55,632 nt of DNA from Eubacteriales bacterium (GTDB lineage Bacteria > Bacillota > Clostridia > Oscillospirales > CAG-272): contig JAZQTA010000064.1 in NCBI GenBank assembly GCA_045630385.1, forward strand, positions 1 to 55,632, written 5' to 3'. This document shows positions 8,574-18,232 of the stretch, piece after piece; the stretch's first letter is position 1; each line of letters begins with the position of its first letter. The position numbers and the translations under genes were made by a program. The notes beneath the pieces were generated by a model, which was not told where the DNA came from, searched no databases, and was given only the letters and a program-made list of their open reading frames with translations.

Positions 8574-9746
8574 TTAAGCGCGTGTGTAAACGCAGTTGCC
8601 CTTAACGAAGGTCTTTTCGATTTCGATATCGTCATTGAAGATCAGAATATCGGCGTCAAAGCCCTCCTTCAGCTCTCCGATGCCCTCCAGTCCGCAAATG
8701 CGCGCGGGTACCTTCGTTGCCATCTTCACAGCTTCGGTCAAGGGAAGCTCTGCGAGCCTTACCATGTTGCGCACGAGTCTGTCCGCGGTCGCAACGCTGC
8801 CCGCAAAGGCGGTTCTGTCGGGAAGCTTTGCCACGCCGTCCTCGATGATGATCTCCATGCCGTTTTCCGCGCTTCCGATGATCGAAGGACCCTCGGGCAT
8901 GCCTGCGGCACGGATCGAGTCAGTCACGAGGGCAACGTTGTCCGTGCCCTTGATCTTCGTGATTAGCTTCAGAAGCGAGGCGGGCAGATGGCATCCGTCC
9001 GCAATGATCTCCACGGTCATGTCATCGTTGAGATATCCCTCCTCCACGATGCCCGTGTAGCGGTAAGCGTTCTTTCTGTGCACCATGCTACAGCCCGAAT
9101 AGAAGTGTGTCACGTGCGTAAAGCCCCATGCAAAGGCATCGCGCACCTCCTTATCCTCCGCATCGCTGTGACCGATGCAGGGAAGGCATCCCTTTTCGAT
9201 CGCGGCACGTGCAAAGCTCTCGCCGCCCGCAAGCTCGGGAGCGGCGGTCCAGCGCAGAATGCGGTCGGAAAGCGCGAAGATCGCGTTATATTCCTCGGGA
9301 TCGAAAACGCGCAGGTGTCTTGGATCCTGTGCGCCTGCCTGCGATGCCGCGAAGTAAGGTCCCTCCAGGTGCACGCCGGGCATATACGCGCCGTGCGTCT
9401 TGGAGTCCTTCACGCGCTCGTAAGCCTCAATGGCACGCTTCAGATCCGCGTAATTTGAGGAGGTAATGGTTGGAAGCACGGTGGTTGCGCCGTGCGTCGC
9501 CTGAAATGCGGTCGCCGCAAGGAAGGCCTCCTCCGTGCCGTCAAGGAAATCGTATCCGGCCGCGCCGTGGGTATGCGTATCCACGAAGCCGGGAGAAACG
9601 AACATTCCCTTCGCGTCGATCACCTCGTCTGCCGCAAGCGTATCCTTCGTGATCGCAAGGATCTTCTCACCCTCGAAATAGAGGGTATAGCCCTCGAGGA
9701 TCTTCTCGCCCGTAATAATTTTTCCGTTTTTAATCGCGTATTTCAT
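8574..9746 (-). CDS. nagA: N-acetylglucosamine-6-phosphate deacetylase
   Basis: I use the internal start MKYAIKNGKII at 9746 (RBS GGAGAAA) rather than the ORF-track start at 9824. The amidohydrolase metal motif GFVDTHTHGAAGYDF and the NagA-like length (390 aa) fit. Confidence 0.85.
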   Translation of the reverse strand: MKYAIKNGKIITGEKILEGYTLYFEGEKILAITKDTLAADEVIDAKGMFVSPGFVDTHTHGAAGYDFLDGTEEAFLAATAFQATHGATTVLPTITSSNYADLKRAIEAYERVKDSKTHGAYMPGVHLEGPYFAASQAGAQDPRHLRVFDPEEYNAIFALSDRILRWTAAPELAGGESFARAAIEKGCLPCIGHSDAEDKEVRDAFAWGFTHVTHFYSGCSMVHRKNAYRYTGIVEEGYLNDDMTVEIIADGCHLPASLLKLITKIKGTDNVALVTDSIRAAGMPEGPSIIGSAENGMEIIIEDGVAKLPDRTAFAGSVATADRLVRNMVRLAELPLTEAVKMATKVPARICGLEGIGELKEGFDADILIFNDDIEIEKTFVKGNCVYTRA

Positions 9747-9762
9747 ATCATTTCTCCGAATA

Positions 9763-10650
9763 TCAGATCTCGGGCACGGTGATGGAGATCTCCTTGTCCT
9801 CGGTGAAGGAGCGGATGGTCGCATCGATCAGCGCCACGGGGTATCTCAAATAATCCAGCGTTCTGTCCACCTTGCCGGTCTTGATCGCATCGAGGAAGGG
9901 AACGAGCTCGTCGTTGTATTTTGCCGCACCGAGATCGATCTTGGGTGCAAAGGTCTTCTGATCCTTGCCGTAGATCGTCACGGCGTAGTCACCGCCGTAG
10001 AATGCGTTGACGGTGAAGGTATCGTACTTGTAGATCGCGCTCACGCTGTCCGCGTTCTTCACGGCGCGCACGCTTTTAACGTCCGTACCGAAAACGGTGA
10101 GCATCATCTCTGCAAGGTGCTGGGTGTAGAACCAGAAATCGCCGTAATCGTTCACCATGTTCACGGGTGCGCTCACCGCGCCGCCAATGGCGAAATCGGG
10201 ATTTTCAAGCATGAATTTCTTTGCTTCCTTGATTCCTGCGGTGTAGTAAAGCGTAGAGCCGCCGGTCACGGTGCTTCCGTACTTCTTCTGAAGTCTTGCA
10301 ACCTCCACGAAATCCTCAATGGATGCCGTGATGGGCTTATCCAGCCAAACGGGAATGCCTGCCTCGAGATATTTTCTCGCGTACTTCAAGTGATCGCCGC
10401 CGTGGCGCGCGGTCACCATGACCGCATCGGCCTCTCCGAGAAAGTCGTCGTAATGCTCGGCATAGCGCGTGCAGGAGCAAACGCCCGCAAGGCGCTCCAT
10501 GCCAACCTTCACGTCCTCGCGGCCTGCCTCGCCGTAAAAGCCGATCAATTCAAAATCGGGGAACTGCTTTTCGCCCTCCTTGGGAGCAAGCGCGGCGGCA
10601 AAGCTCCATGCGTGGCTGTTTTCGATACCTAAAATAGCAATCTTGATCAT
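9763..10650 (-). CDS. Gfo/Idh/MocA family NAD(P)-dependent oxidoreductase
   Basis: Start MIKIAILGIENSHA at 10650 with RBS AGGAGAAAAA. It has an N-terminal Rossmann-like segment and a family-typical length. Confidence 0.7.
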   Translation of the reverse strand: MIKIAILGIENSHAWSFAAALAPKEGEKQFPDFELIGFYGEAGREDVKVGMERLAGVCSCTRYAEHYDDFLGEADAVMVTARHGGDHLKYARKYLEAGIPVWLDKPITASIEDFVEVARLQKKYGSTVTGGSTLYYTAGIKEAKKFMLENPDFAIGGAVSAPVNMVNDYGDFWFYTQHLAEMMLTVFGTDVKSVRAVKNADSVSAIYKYDTFTVNAFYGGDYAVTIYGKDQKTFAPKIDLGAAKYNDELVPFLDAIKTGKVDRTLDYLRYPVALIDATIRSFTEDKEISITVPEI

Positions 10651-10661
10651 AATTTTTCTCC

Positions 10662-11507
10662 TTAATCTCTTCCGAGAAGCTTTAATAAATTTTCCATGCA
10701 AAGGCAGCTGGGGGCGTATCCGCCGTCCGAAATCGCAGAGCCCTTGGGATTTTTGAGGGTTTTTTCGTCAATTTCTCCCGCGATGCGGTAATGCGTTTCC
10801 AGCATGATATCGCCGTCGTAGCCGATCTCCTTCAGCTTGCCGAAGATGCCCTTGTAATCCACGGCGCCCTCGCCCACCGCGGTGGCAACCGTCTCGCCGT
10901 TTACTCGCTTTGCATCCTTGATATGTACGTGGCCGAGCATATCCTTGATGGCAAGATAGCCGTCGGGGTAGGGGATCTCGTCGGTCGCGTAAATGTTGTT
11001 GCCGGGATCGTAAAGCGCCTTGAAATACGGGCGGTCCACACAGCGCACAAGCTCTGCGATATCGGCACAGCAAGCACTGTTCGTGGTCGGCTCGGATTCG
11101 ATCAGGATCGTAACGCCTGCCGCCTCCGCCGCCGCGTAAGCCTCCGCATAAGCCGCCTTGATCATCTCGCGCGTCACGCTCTCGTTTTTGAGGAAGTCAA
11201 AGCAGCGGATCTTTTTTGCGCCGAGAAGCTTCGCGAAGCCGAGAAGCTTCTTGAATTTTTCGGTATGAATTTTTATATTCTCCTCGGAATATTCGCATTT
11301 GAACATCGGGGAGGAGATTGCCGTCACGGGAATGCCGTAGCGGTCGGAAAGCGCCTTGATCGAGAGGATATCCTCCTCGGTATAATCAAAGGGCCCCTTT
11401 TCGTAAGCGGAGCGAAGCTCCACGCAGTCGAGTCCGTAGTCCTTCGCAAAATCGAGAGCCACCGCGAAATCCTGCGAAACCTCGTCGGTAATCACGCCTA
11501 AACGCAT
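10662..11507 (-). CDS. sugar phosphate isomerase/epimerase (xylose-isomerase-like TIM barrel)
   Basis: 281 aa. MRLGVITDEVSQDF...LDCVELRS and HVHIKD...MLETH are typical of the AP_endonuc_2 / TIM-barrel isomerase family. Confidence 0.7.
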   Translation of the reverse strand: MRLGVITDEVSQDFAVALDFAKDYGLDCVELRSAYEKGPFDYTEEDILSIKALSDRYGIPVTAISSPMFKCEYSEENIKIHTEKFKKLLGFAKLLGAKKIRCFDFLKNESVTREMIKAAYAEAYAAAEAAGVTILIESEPTTNSACCADIAELVRCVDRPYFKALYDPGNNIYATDEIPYPDGYLAIKDMLGHVHIKDAKRVNGETVATAVGEGAVDYKGIFGKLKEIGYDGDIMLETHYRIAGEIDEKTLKNPKGSAISDGGYAPSCLCMENLLKLLGRD

Positions 11508-11519
11508 AGCACTATCTCC

Positions 11520-12278
11520 TTATTTCAGCTCTGCCGCGCTGTCCGCGTCGCAGTAAAGAATGCAGTTTTCGCTCTTGCGCATGATCGTAGCGGGGCATTC
11601 CTCGCCGATCGCGCCGTTCACGGTTCTGTTGACAGCCCATGCCTTCGTCGGTGCGGGGACGACACAGAACTTATAGGTTGCGCTCATCAGCATGGGAACG
11701 GTCAGCGTCAGGGCGTATTTCGGAACGAGCTCGAGCTTCTCGAAGCATCCGTCGTTCACCTGCTGCTGGCGGCACTTTTCGTCGAGCGAAACCGCCTTGA
11801 CGAGCTTATCGTCGTTAAAATCCGCAACGTGGGGATCATTGAAGGCGATGTGTCCGTTCTCGCCGATACCCATGCAAACGATATCGATCGGATGCGACCT
11901 CAGAAGTGCGCTGTAGCGTGCGATCTCGTCATCCTTATCTGCACCGGCGTTGATGAGGTTCACGGAGCCGAAGGGCTTCAGATCGAAAATGTGTGCCTTC
12001 AGGAAATTGGAGAAGCATTGCGGTGCCTTGGGATCAAGGCCGATGTATTCATCCATGTGGAATGCGTTGATGCGGCCCCAATCGATGCCCTCCTCCTCGC
12101 AAAGATGCGCGAGCATATCGTTCTGCGAGGGCGCGGCGGCAAAAATCATATTGATCTCGGGCTTTTCCGAGAGAAGCGCGCGGATGCAGCGAGCCACGTC
12201 CTTTGCGGCGGCCGCACCCATGAGATCTCGGTTCTCGAAGATCTTCACGCTGAGATTATCTTTTTCAAAGCTTTTCAT
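11520..12278 (-). CDS. nagB: glucosamine-6-phosphate deaminase
   Basis: 252 aa. MGIGENGHIAFNDP is the NagB/6-phosphogluconolactonase family signature. It is the first gene of a tightly packed four-gene minus-strand operon. Confidence 0.85.
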   Translation of the reverse strand: MKSFEKDNLSVKIFENRDLMGAAAAKDVARCIRALLSEKPEINMIFAAAPSQNDMLAHLCEEEGIDWGRINAFHMDEYIGLDPKAPQCFSNFLKAHIFDLKPFGSVNLINAGADKDDEIARYSALLRSHPIDIVCMGIGENGHIAFNDPHVADFNDDKLVKAVSLDEKCRQQQVNDGCFEKLELVPKYALTLTVPMLMSATYKFCVVPAPTKAWAVNRTVNGAIGEECPATIMRKSENCILYCDADSAAELK

Positions 12279-12554
12279 GTTTTATTACTCCTTTGGTCGG
12301 GATAGATTACTTTAATTATAAAGTATATTTTTATAAAATGAAATATCCAATCTTAACTATTCCATTTCCAAAACACACTTTTTTGACGCAAAAAAACTCT
12401 TATATCAAAATTGTACCAAAAAATATCAAAAATGTCAAATCAAAAAAACGGCATGTTAAAAAAAGAGATACGGGATGTTTATTTTCGGTTTATAATCGTT
12501 TGTTATATTTTTATAAAAGGATAAAAATATATAAAAGACAAAAAGGAGAAGGCA

Positions 12555-14072
12555 ATGAAGAAAAAGCAAAAGCTGCGCCGTCTGTTGCGCCGCCGCGTAT
12601 CCGTTCTGATGATGATTTTTTTGCAGATCGTTTTCCTCGTTCTTTTGATGGTAGAGGGGGCAAAGCGGCCTTGGCTTGCGATTTTCATGTGGGGAATTTC
12701 CGGTATTGTTATCGTGCATATCTTGCTTCATCGCTCTAAGCGTGTGGCAATTTTGCCATGGGTGATCCTCGCGCTTCTTTTTCCGGTTTTCGGCGGTCTT
12801 TTTTATCTTGTTTTTCACATGGAGGCTTCCTCGCGTTTTATTCGTCACGGCGTTCGTGCTCTTTCGGCGCGTATATCCGTGCCGCGTGAGGAGGGAGCGG
12901 AGGCCCTGCCCGTGCCGGATCGCTATCAGCGCCTTGCGCATTATCTGTGCGAGGCCGGCGGATATCCCGTGTACGGTGAAACGGAGGCAGTCTATCTTCC
13001 GTCGGGTGAGGAAATGCTGAATGCGCTTCTTCGCGATCTGCGCGCGGCGCGCCGTTATATCTTCCTTGAATTTTTCATCATCGAAGACGGTGTTATGTGG
13101 GGGCAGATCCATGAGATCCTGAAGGAGAAGGCGTCCGAGGGGGTGGAGGTTCGCTTGATATACGATGATATCGGATGCTTTTTGCGCGTTGTGCAGGATT
13201 TCAAAAGCGAGATGTCCCGCGAGGGGATCGAGTGCCGCGTTTTCAATCCGTTCCGCCCGATCTTTTCCTCCTTACATAATCACAGAGATCACAGAAAGAT
13301 CGTGGTGATCGACGGAGAGATCGCCTTCACGGGCGGCGTAAATCTCGCGGATGAATATATCAACGCGGTCGAGCGCTTCGGGCATTGGAAGGATGCGGCC
13401 GTGCGCCTTTCGGGCAATGCCGCGCTTTCGATGTGTGCCATGTTCCTTGAGAGCTGGAGCCTCTGCCGTGAAAAATCGGAGGATGCGTCCGTTTATCTTC
13501 GTCCCGCCGAGGGAAGAGCGGCTTCAAGGGTGCTTGTCCAGCCCTATGCCGATTCGCCTTTGGATGATGAGCCGATCGGAGAGCGGGTGTACGTATCCGC
13601 TATCTCCGTCGCGGAAAAAACGCTTTATATCACAACGCCGTATTTCGTGGTGGACGATACGGTGGTGAAGGCGTTGCTCCTTGCGGCGAAAAGCGGTGTG
13701 GACGTCCGTATCGTCACGCCGCACGTTTATGATAAGCGGATCGTCCATTTGGCGACGAGATCGTATTATAGCGAGCTGATCCGCGGCGGCGTTCGGGTGT
13801 ATGAATACGAGCGCGGCTTCATTCATTCCAAAACTCTGGTAGCGGACGGCGCGCTTTCCGTGGTGGGGACGACGAATTTTGATTATAGGAGTCTATGCCA
13901 TCATTTTGAATGCGGCACGGTGTTGTACGGCAAAGAGATCGCCCATGCGCTCGAGGAGGATTTTGCGTCGGTGCTTGCCGTGAGCCGAGAGATCACGCTC
14001 GCGGATTGCAAAACGGGATTTTTTGCCCGCCTTCGGGATAATTTTCTCAGAATTTTCGCCCCGATGCTGTAA
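12555..14072 (+). CDS. cls: cardiolipin synthase
   Basis: 505 aa with RBS AAAAGGAGAAGG. It has N-terminal TM helices and two HKD motifs (HRKIVVIDGEIAFTGGVN and IHSKTLVADGALSVVGTTN). Confidence 0.9.
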   Translation: MKKKQKLRRLLRRRVSVLMMIFLQIVFLVLLMVEGAKRPWLAIFMWGISGIVIVHILLHRSKRVAILPWVILALLFPVFGGLFYLVFHMEASSRFIRHGVRALSARISVPREEGAEALPVPDRYQRLAHYLCEAGGYPVYGETEAVYLPSGEEMLNALLRDLRAARRYIFLEFFIIEDGVMWGQIHEILKEKASEGVEVRLIYDDIGCFLRVVQDFKSEMSREGIECRVFNPFRPIFSSLHNHRDHRKIVVIDGEIAFTGGVNLADEYINAVERFGHWKDAAVRLSGNAALSMCAMFLESWSLCREKSEDASVYLRPAEGRAASRVLVQPYADSPLDDEPIGERVYVSAISVAEKTLYITTPYFVVDDTVVKALLLAAKSGVDVRIVTPHVYDKRIVHLATRSYYSELIRGGVRVYEYERGFIHSKTLVADGALSVVGTTNFDYRSLCHHFECGTVLYGKEIAHALEEDFASVLAVSREITLADCKTGFFARLRDNFLRIFAPML

Positions 14073-14077
14073 AGGGT

Positions 14078-14106
14078 TTGAAAATTCGGCGATTTTTTGT
14101 TATACT
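14078..14106 (+). promoter_or_regulatory. sigma-A type promoter upstream of the two-component system
   Basis: TTGAAA (14078-14083), 17-bp spacer, TATACT (14101-14106). Confidence 0.55.
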
Positions 14107-14154
14107 ATATAAAATGCCGTGAGAAGTCGTGTAGGCTCTCGGAAAGGATGAAAT

Positions 14155-14829
14155 ATGTTTCGGATTCTCGTTGTTGATGACGATAAAAATACGCGCTTTT
14201 TCATAAAAGAGGCACTTTTGCTCGAGGGCTACGAGGTGTTCACCGCAGCGAACGGAGAGGAAGCGCTTACAGTGTATGACAGAGAATATATTGATCTCGT
14301 GATCGTGGATATCATGATGCCGAAAATGGACGGCTATGCCTTTACCCGTGCCTTGCGCGAAACGAACAAGGATCTGCTCGTGCTGATGATCTCCGCAAGA
14401 CAATTGCCGGAGGATCGAAAAAAAGGATTTATTGCGGGGATAGACGACTATATGTCAAAGCCCATTGATCCCGAGGAGCTCGTCCTGCGCCTGCGCGCGC
14501 TTCTGCACCGCGCGAGGCTCGCCGAGAGCCGCCGTATCACGGTCGGAGACGTGACGGTGGATTACGACAGCTTTACCGTTACGGGACATGGAAAGACGGT
14601 GGAGCTTCCGCAAAAGGAATTTTTGCTTCTGTATAAGCTTCTTTCGCATCCGGGCAAAATTTTCACGAAGATCCAGCTCATGGATGAGATCTGGGGGCTG
14701 GAGTGCGAAACGGGCTGGGAAACCGTCACCGTGCATATCGGTCGCCTCCGCAAGCGCTTTGAGGGCTGGGAGGAATTTTGCATCGAGAACGTGCGAGGGC
14801 TCGGCTATAAGGCGGTGAAGCGGGTATGA
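14155..14829 (+). CDS. OmpR-family response regulator
   Basis: 224 aa. Receiver domain (ILVVDDD, DLVIVDIMMPKMDG, K in YMSKP) plus a winged-helix output domain ending RGLGYKAV. Confidence 0.9.
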   Translation: MFRILVVDDDKNTRFFIKEALLLEGYEVFTAANGEEALTVYDREYIDLVIVDIMMPKMDGYAFTRALRETNKDLLVLMISARQLPEDRKKGFIAGIDDYMSKPIDPEELVLRLRALLHRARLAESRRITVGDVTVDYDSFTVTGHGKTVELPQKEFLLLYKLLSHPGKIFTKIQLMDEIWGLECETGWETVTVHIGRLRKRFEGWEEFCIENVRGLGYKAVKRV

Positions 14830-15878
14830 GAGAGAATAAAAGGCTTCTCGATGACAAGAGAACGCGGCGGCAGATGCGCTATGTGATCATTCTTTTTTCC
14901 TTCAGTCTGATCGTTTTTTCGCAAGCGGTCGCCACGGTGCTCCAATATCTTTTGTTTCGCTTCGGTATTATACGAAATGCGAATTTGACCTTTTTTCAAT
15001 CGGCGTTGCTGGTTGGCGGCGTCAGCGTGATCGTAGGAACGCTGCTTTCCTGGTTTTTCGGGCGTTACGTTTTGCGTCCCTTTGACGCGCTTTTGCGCGG
15101 AATGTCGGAGCTTTCCGCAGGGAAATACCGCACCCGTCTTTTGGAGCGCCCCGGTATGTATCTGCGCGCGTATAAAACCTTTAATGCGCTGGCAAAGGAG
15201 CTGGAAAGCGTTGAAATTTTGCGCTCGGATTTTGTCAATAACTTTTCTCATGAATTTAAAACGCCGCTCGTATCCATGCAGGGGCTTGTTTCGCTGATGC
15301 GGCATAAGCAATTGCCCGAGGAAAAGCAAAAGGAATATTTAGCGATCGTTGAGGAGGAGCTTTCGCGCCTCTCGATGATGACGACCAACGTCCTGCACAT
15401 GACCAAGCTTGAGTCGCAGGGGATATTGACGAACGTTGCGCGCTTCAATCTTTCCGAGCAGCTGCGCACCTGTATTTTGCTTTTTGAAAAGGCGTGGACG
15501 GATAAGGCGCTTTCGCTGTCCATTGATATGGAAGAGGCCATGATCGACGCAAACGAGGATTTTCTGAAGCAGGTGTGGCTGAATCTGTTGGACAATGCGA
15601 TTAAGTATTCTCCCGACGGCGGTACGCTCGGGCTTTCTCTTTCGGCGGCGGAGCACGCCGTTACCGTTCGTATATCCAATGAGGGCGAGCCGATCCCCGA
15701 AGAGGAGAGGGAAAAGATATTCATGAAATTCTATCAGATCGGTGCCCCCTCCAAAAGGAGCGGAAACGGCATCGGGCTTTCGGTCGTCAAGCGTATCGTA
15801 ATGCTGCACGGCGGAAGTGTGGAGGCCTTGTGCGAAGGAGCGCGCACGGTGTTTGAGGTCGTGCTTCCGATCGCGTGA
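14826..15878 (+). CDS. sensor histidine kinase (two TM helices, HisKA + HATPase_c)
   Basis: It overlaps the regulator stop by 4 nt. H-box FSHEFKTPL, N-box LLDNAIKYS, G-box GNGIGLSVVKRI. Confidence 0.9.
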   Translation: MRENKRLLDDKRTRRQMRYVIILFSFSLIVFSQAVATVLQYLLFRFGIIRNANLTFFQSALLVGGVSVIVGTLLSWFFGRYVLRPFDALLRGMSELSAGKYRTRLLERPGMYLRAYKTFNALAKELESVEILRSDFVNNFSHEFKTPLVSMQGLVSLMRHKQLPEEKQKEYLAIVEEELSRLSMMTTNVLHMTKLESQGILTNVARFNLSEQLRTCILLFEKAWTDKALSLSIDMEEAMIDANEDFLKQVWLNLLDNAIKYSPDGGTLGLSLSAAEHAVTVRISNEGEPIPEEEREKIFMKFYQIGAPSKRSGNGIGLSVVKRIVMLHGGSVEALCEGARTVFEVVLPIA

Positions 15879-15970
15879 AAAAACACCTTGATCTGTCAAA
15901 AAACTATTGCAATCATAGGAAAAATGTGTTACAATAAATGCATCAATTAAATGAAACGAGGACTTTTTTC

Positions 15971-17149
15971 ATGGATATGAAAAAATATTACGATTTGTTC
16001 ACCTCCGAGCTGAAGGACAGCTGTATTCCTTTCTGGCTGAAATACGGTCAGGATAAGGAAAATGGCGGCGTGATCACCTGTCTTGACCGCTTCGGAGAGA
16101 TCTATTCCGAGGATAAGAGCGTATGGATGCAGGGGCGTTGCGGCTGGATGTTCTCCTACCTCTATAATAATTTTGATAAAAATCCCGAGTATCTTGCGTT
16201 CGCAAAGAGCTGTATTGATTTTGCAAAGAAAAATTGCATTGACGGGGACGGAAGAATGTACTTCACCGTAACGAAGGACGGCCGCCGTCTGCGCAAGAGA
16301 AGATACTGGTTCTCCGAAACCTTCTATATCATCGCCAATGCTGAATATTTCATGGCGACGAAGGATGCGGCCTATCTTGCCGAGGCCGTGAAGTATTACG
16401 ATTTCGTTCTCGGTATGTACCGTGACGGTGAAAGCGATCCTTATAAGATCACCCCGAAATCCTTTGCGGAAACGAGAGATACAAAGTCCCTTGCTTGCCC
16501 CATGATCATCCTGAACGTGACCGCCATTATGCGCGATGCGGATAAGGAGAGGGAAGCGTACTATACGGATATCATCACGGGACTCATCGAGGATATCAAG
16601 GCGTTCCATAGCGAGGAGTTTGGTGCGATGTTCGAGTGCATCGGAGCGGACGGAAGCTTCCTTCTTGACAGCGCCACCACCCGCGTGATCAACCCCGGTC
16701 ACGATATTGAATGCAGCTGGTTCATTCTCGAGGAGGGACTGAAGAGAGGGGATAAGGAAATTATCGCCTTTGCCGAGAAGATATTCCTTGAAGCGTTTGA
16801 GCGCGGATGGGATAAGGAATACGGCGGCATCCTCTATTTCAAGGACGTCCTCGGAAAGCCCGTCGAGGCATACGAGCACGATATGAAGCTTTGGTGGCCG
16901 CACAATGAAACCGTGATTGCTTCGCTGATGTTCTATAAGGCAACGGGCAAGGAGATCTATGCAGAGATCTTCGAGAAGACCGTGAAATACGCGTGGGAGC
17001 ATTTCTCCGATAAGGAGTACGGCGAGTGGTTCGGCTATCTGCGCCGTGACGGAAAGCCCACCGAGCCGCCCTGCAAGGGCCATACCTATAAGGGTCCCTT
17101 CCACGTCATGCGTATGCTTGCAAAGTGCATTCCTCTTCTTAAAGACTGA
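15971..17149 (+). CDS. N-acylglucosamine 2-epimerase (AGE / cellobiose-2-epimerase superfamily)
   Basis: Start taken at MDMKKYYDL (15971, GAGGA upstream); the ORF-track start is 15938. (alpha/alpha)6-barrel family motifs are WMQGRCGWMF, WWPHNE and YKGPFHVMR. Confidence 0.75.
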   Translation: MDMKKYYDLFTSELKDSCIPFWLKYGQDKENGGVITCLDRFGEIYSEDKSVWMQGRCGWMFSYLYNNFDKNPEYLAFAKSCIDFAKKNCIDGDGRMYFTVTKDGRRLRKRRYWFSETFYIIANAEYFMATKDAAYLAEAVKYYDFVLGMYRDGESDPYKITPKSFAETRDTKSLACPMIILNVTAIMRDADKEREAYYTDIITGLIEDIKAFHSEEFGAMFECIGADGSFLLDSATTRVINPGHDIECSWFILEEGLKRGDKEIIAFAEKIFLEAFERGWDKEYGGILYFKDVLGKPVEAYEHDMKLWWPHNETVIASLMFYKATGKEIYAEIFEKTVKYAWEHFSDKEYGEWFGYLRRDGKPTEPPCKGHTYKGPFHVMRMLAKCIPLLKD

Positions 17150-17187
17150 AATTTATTTTCAGTTTAGATTCATCCTGTATACTGTGT

Positions 17188-17231
17188 CCGCATCCATCGA
17201 TTTTTGTCGAATGGGATGCGGGCATTTTTTT
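17188..17231 (+). terminator. intrinsic terminator after the epimerase gene
   Basis: CCGCATCC (17188-17195) pairs with GGATGCGG (17214-17221), followed by a T7 run (17225-17231). Confidence 0.7.
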
Positions 17232-17268
17232 GCCCTCGTCATTGTATAAATGTTTTTGGAGGTGCAGT

Positions 17269-18030
17269 ATGAATCCGAACAGAAAGAATTGGTTTAAGAT
17301 GTATGCCGGGCTTTTGAAGAAAACGAAGAAGCCCTCACACTTCGTATATCTTGGCGAAGAATTTTCGGGTAGCTCCGTGATCCTTTCCAACCACGTCGGA
17401 ACGGCGGGGCCGCTTTCCTTCGAGTTGTTTTTGGATCAGCCCACGCGTTTTTGGGGCGCGCATGAAATGAATAGCAGTCTTGGCAGTATGTATAAATATC
17501 AAAGCGAGGTTTTTTACCACGAAAAAAGGGGCTGGAATCTCTTTGGCGCCAGGATGTTCTGCCTTTTGGCATCTCCGCTGACTTGGATCTTTTACCGAGG
17601 CTTGAATTTGATCTCCACCTATCACGATATGCGCCTCGCGCATACGCTTCGTGAATCATGGGAAGCAATATCCGCCGGCATGAACGTCGTGATCTTTCCC
17701 GAGATCTCGGATAAGGGATATCTCGATGTCTTGGAGGGCTTTCACGGCGGCTTTGCTCTTCTTCTTGAATTTTGTCAAAAGCGCGGCGTAGACGTGCCGA
17801 TCTTCGTGACCTACTATAATAAAGAAAATCAGGCACACGTGGTGGATAAGCCCATTCTCTTTAGCGAGCTTTCCAAAAAATATCCGTCGCGCGAGGAACA
17901 GGCGGCATATCTTTGTGCGCGGTGCAATCGCATGGGAGAGATATCGCGTATGCTCGGAGAGGGATACTCGCTCCCCGAGGATCTTCCCGAAGCGGCGGAT
18001 GCGAGCCGCCGCCAAGCTGTCACACAATAA
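17269..18030 (+). CDS. lysophospholipid/1-acylglycerol-3-phosphate acyltransferase-like protein (divergent)
   Basis: Start MNPNRKN at 17269 with RBS GGAGGTG. It has PlsC-like blocks SNHVGTAGP and VVIFPEISDKG. The canonical H-x4-D appears as H-x4-G, so the assignment is tentative. Confidence 0.5.
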   Translation: MNPNRKNWFKMYAGLLKKTKKPSHFVYLGEEFSGSSVILSNHVGTAGPLSFELFLDQPTRFWGAHEMNSSLGSMYKYQSEVFYHEKRGWNLFGARMFCLLASPLTWIFYRGLNLISTYHDMRLAHTLRESWEAISAGMNVVIFPEISDKGYLDVLEGFHGGFALLLEFCQKRGVDVPIFVTYYNKENQAHVVDKPILFSELSKKYPSREEQAAYLCARCNRMGEISRMLGEGYSLPEDLPEAADASRRQAVTQ

Positions 18031-18046
18031 AAAACGGCCACGATAC

Positions 18047-18084
18047 AGAGCGAGGATGCGATCAAGCGGCATCTTCGCTCTTTT
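18047..18084 (+). terminator. intrinsic terminator after the acyltransferase gene
   Basis: A 13-bp stem, AGAGCGAGGATGC (18047-18059) pairing with GCATCTTCGCTCT (18069-18081) with one G-U, followed by TTTT. A second weaker hairpin with T5 follows at about 18091-18115. Confidence 0.6.
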
Positions 18085-18232
18085 CATTAAAGCCCGATGC
18101 GGTCGGCTGTTTTTCAAACTCGTTTGAATGCATTTGTTCCTCGTTCAAATAACTTGACACTTAAAAAAATGTGTTGTATAATTATAATAAGCGCATGTAA
18201 AATAAAATATAAATCTAAAAGGAGGATTTGTC

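Noticed and set aside
12293-12739. A 148-aa plus-strand ORF spanning the AT-rich nagB/cls intergenic region and the cls start.
   Set aside because: It is Lys/Tyr/Ile-rich, as expected for translated AT-rich spacer DNA. It overlaps the well-supported cls start at 12555 (RBS AAAAGGAGAAGG) in another frame.
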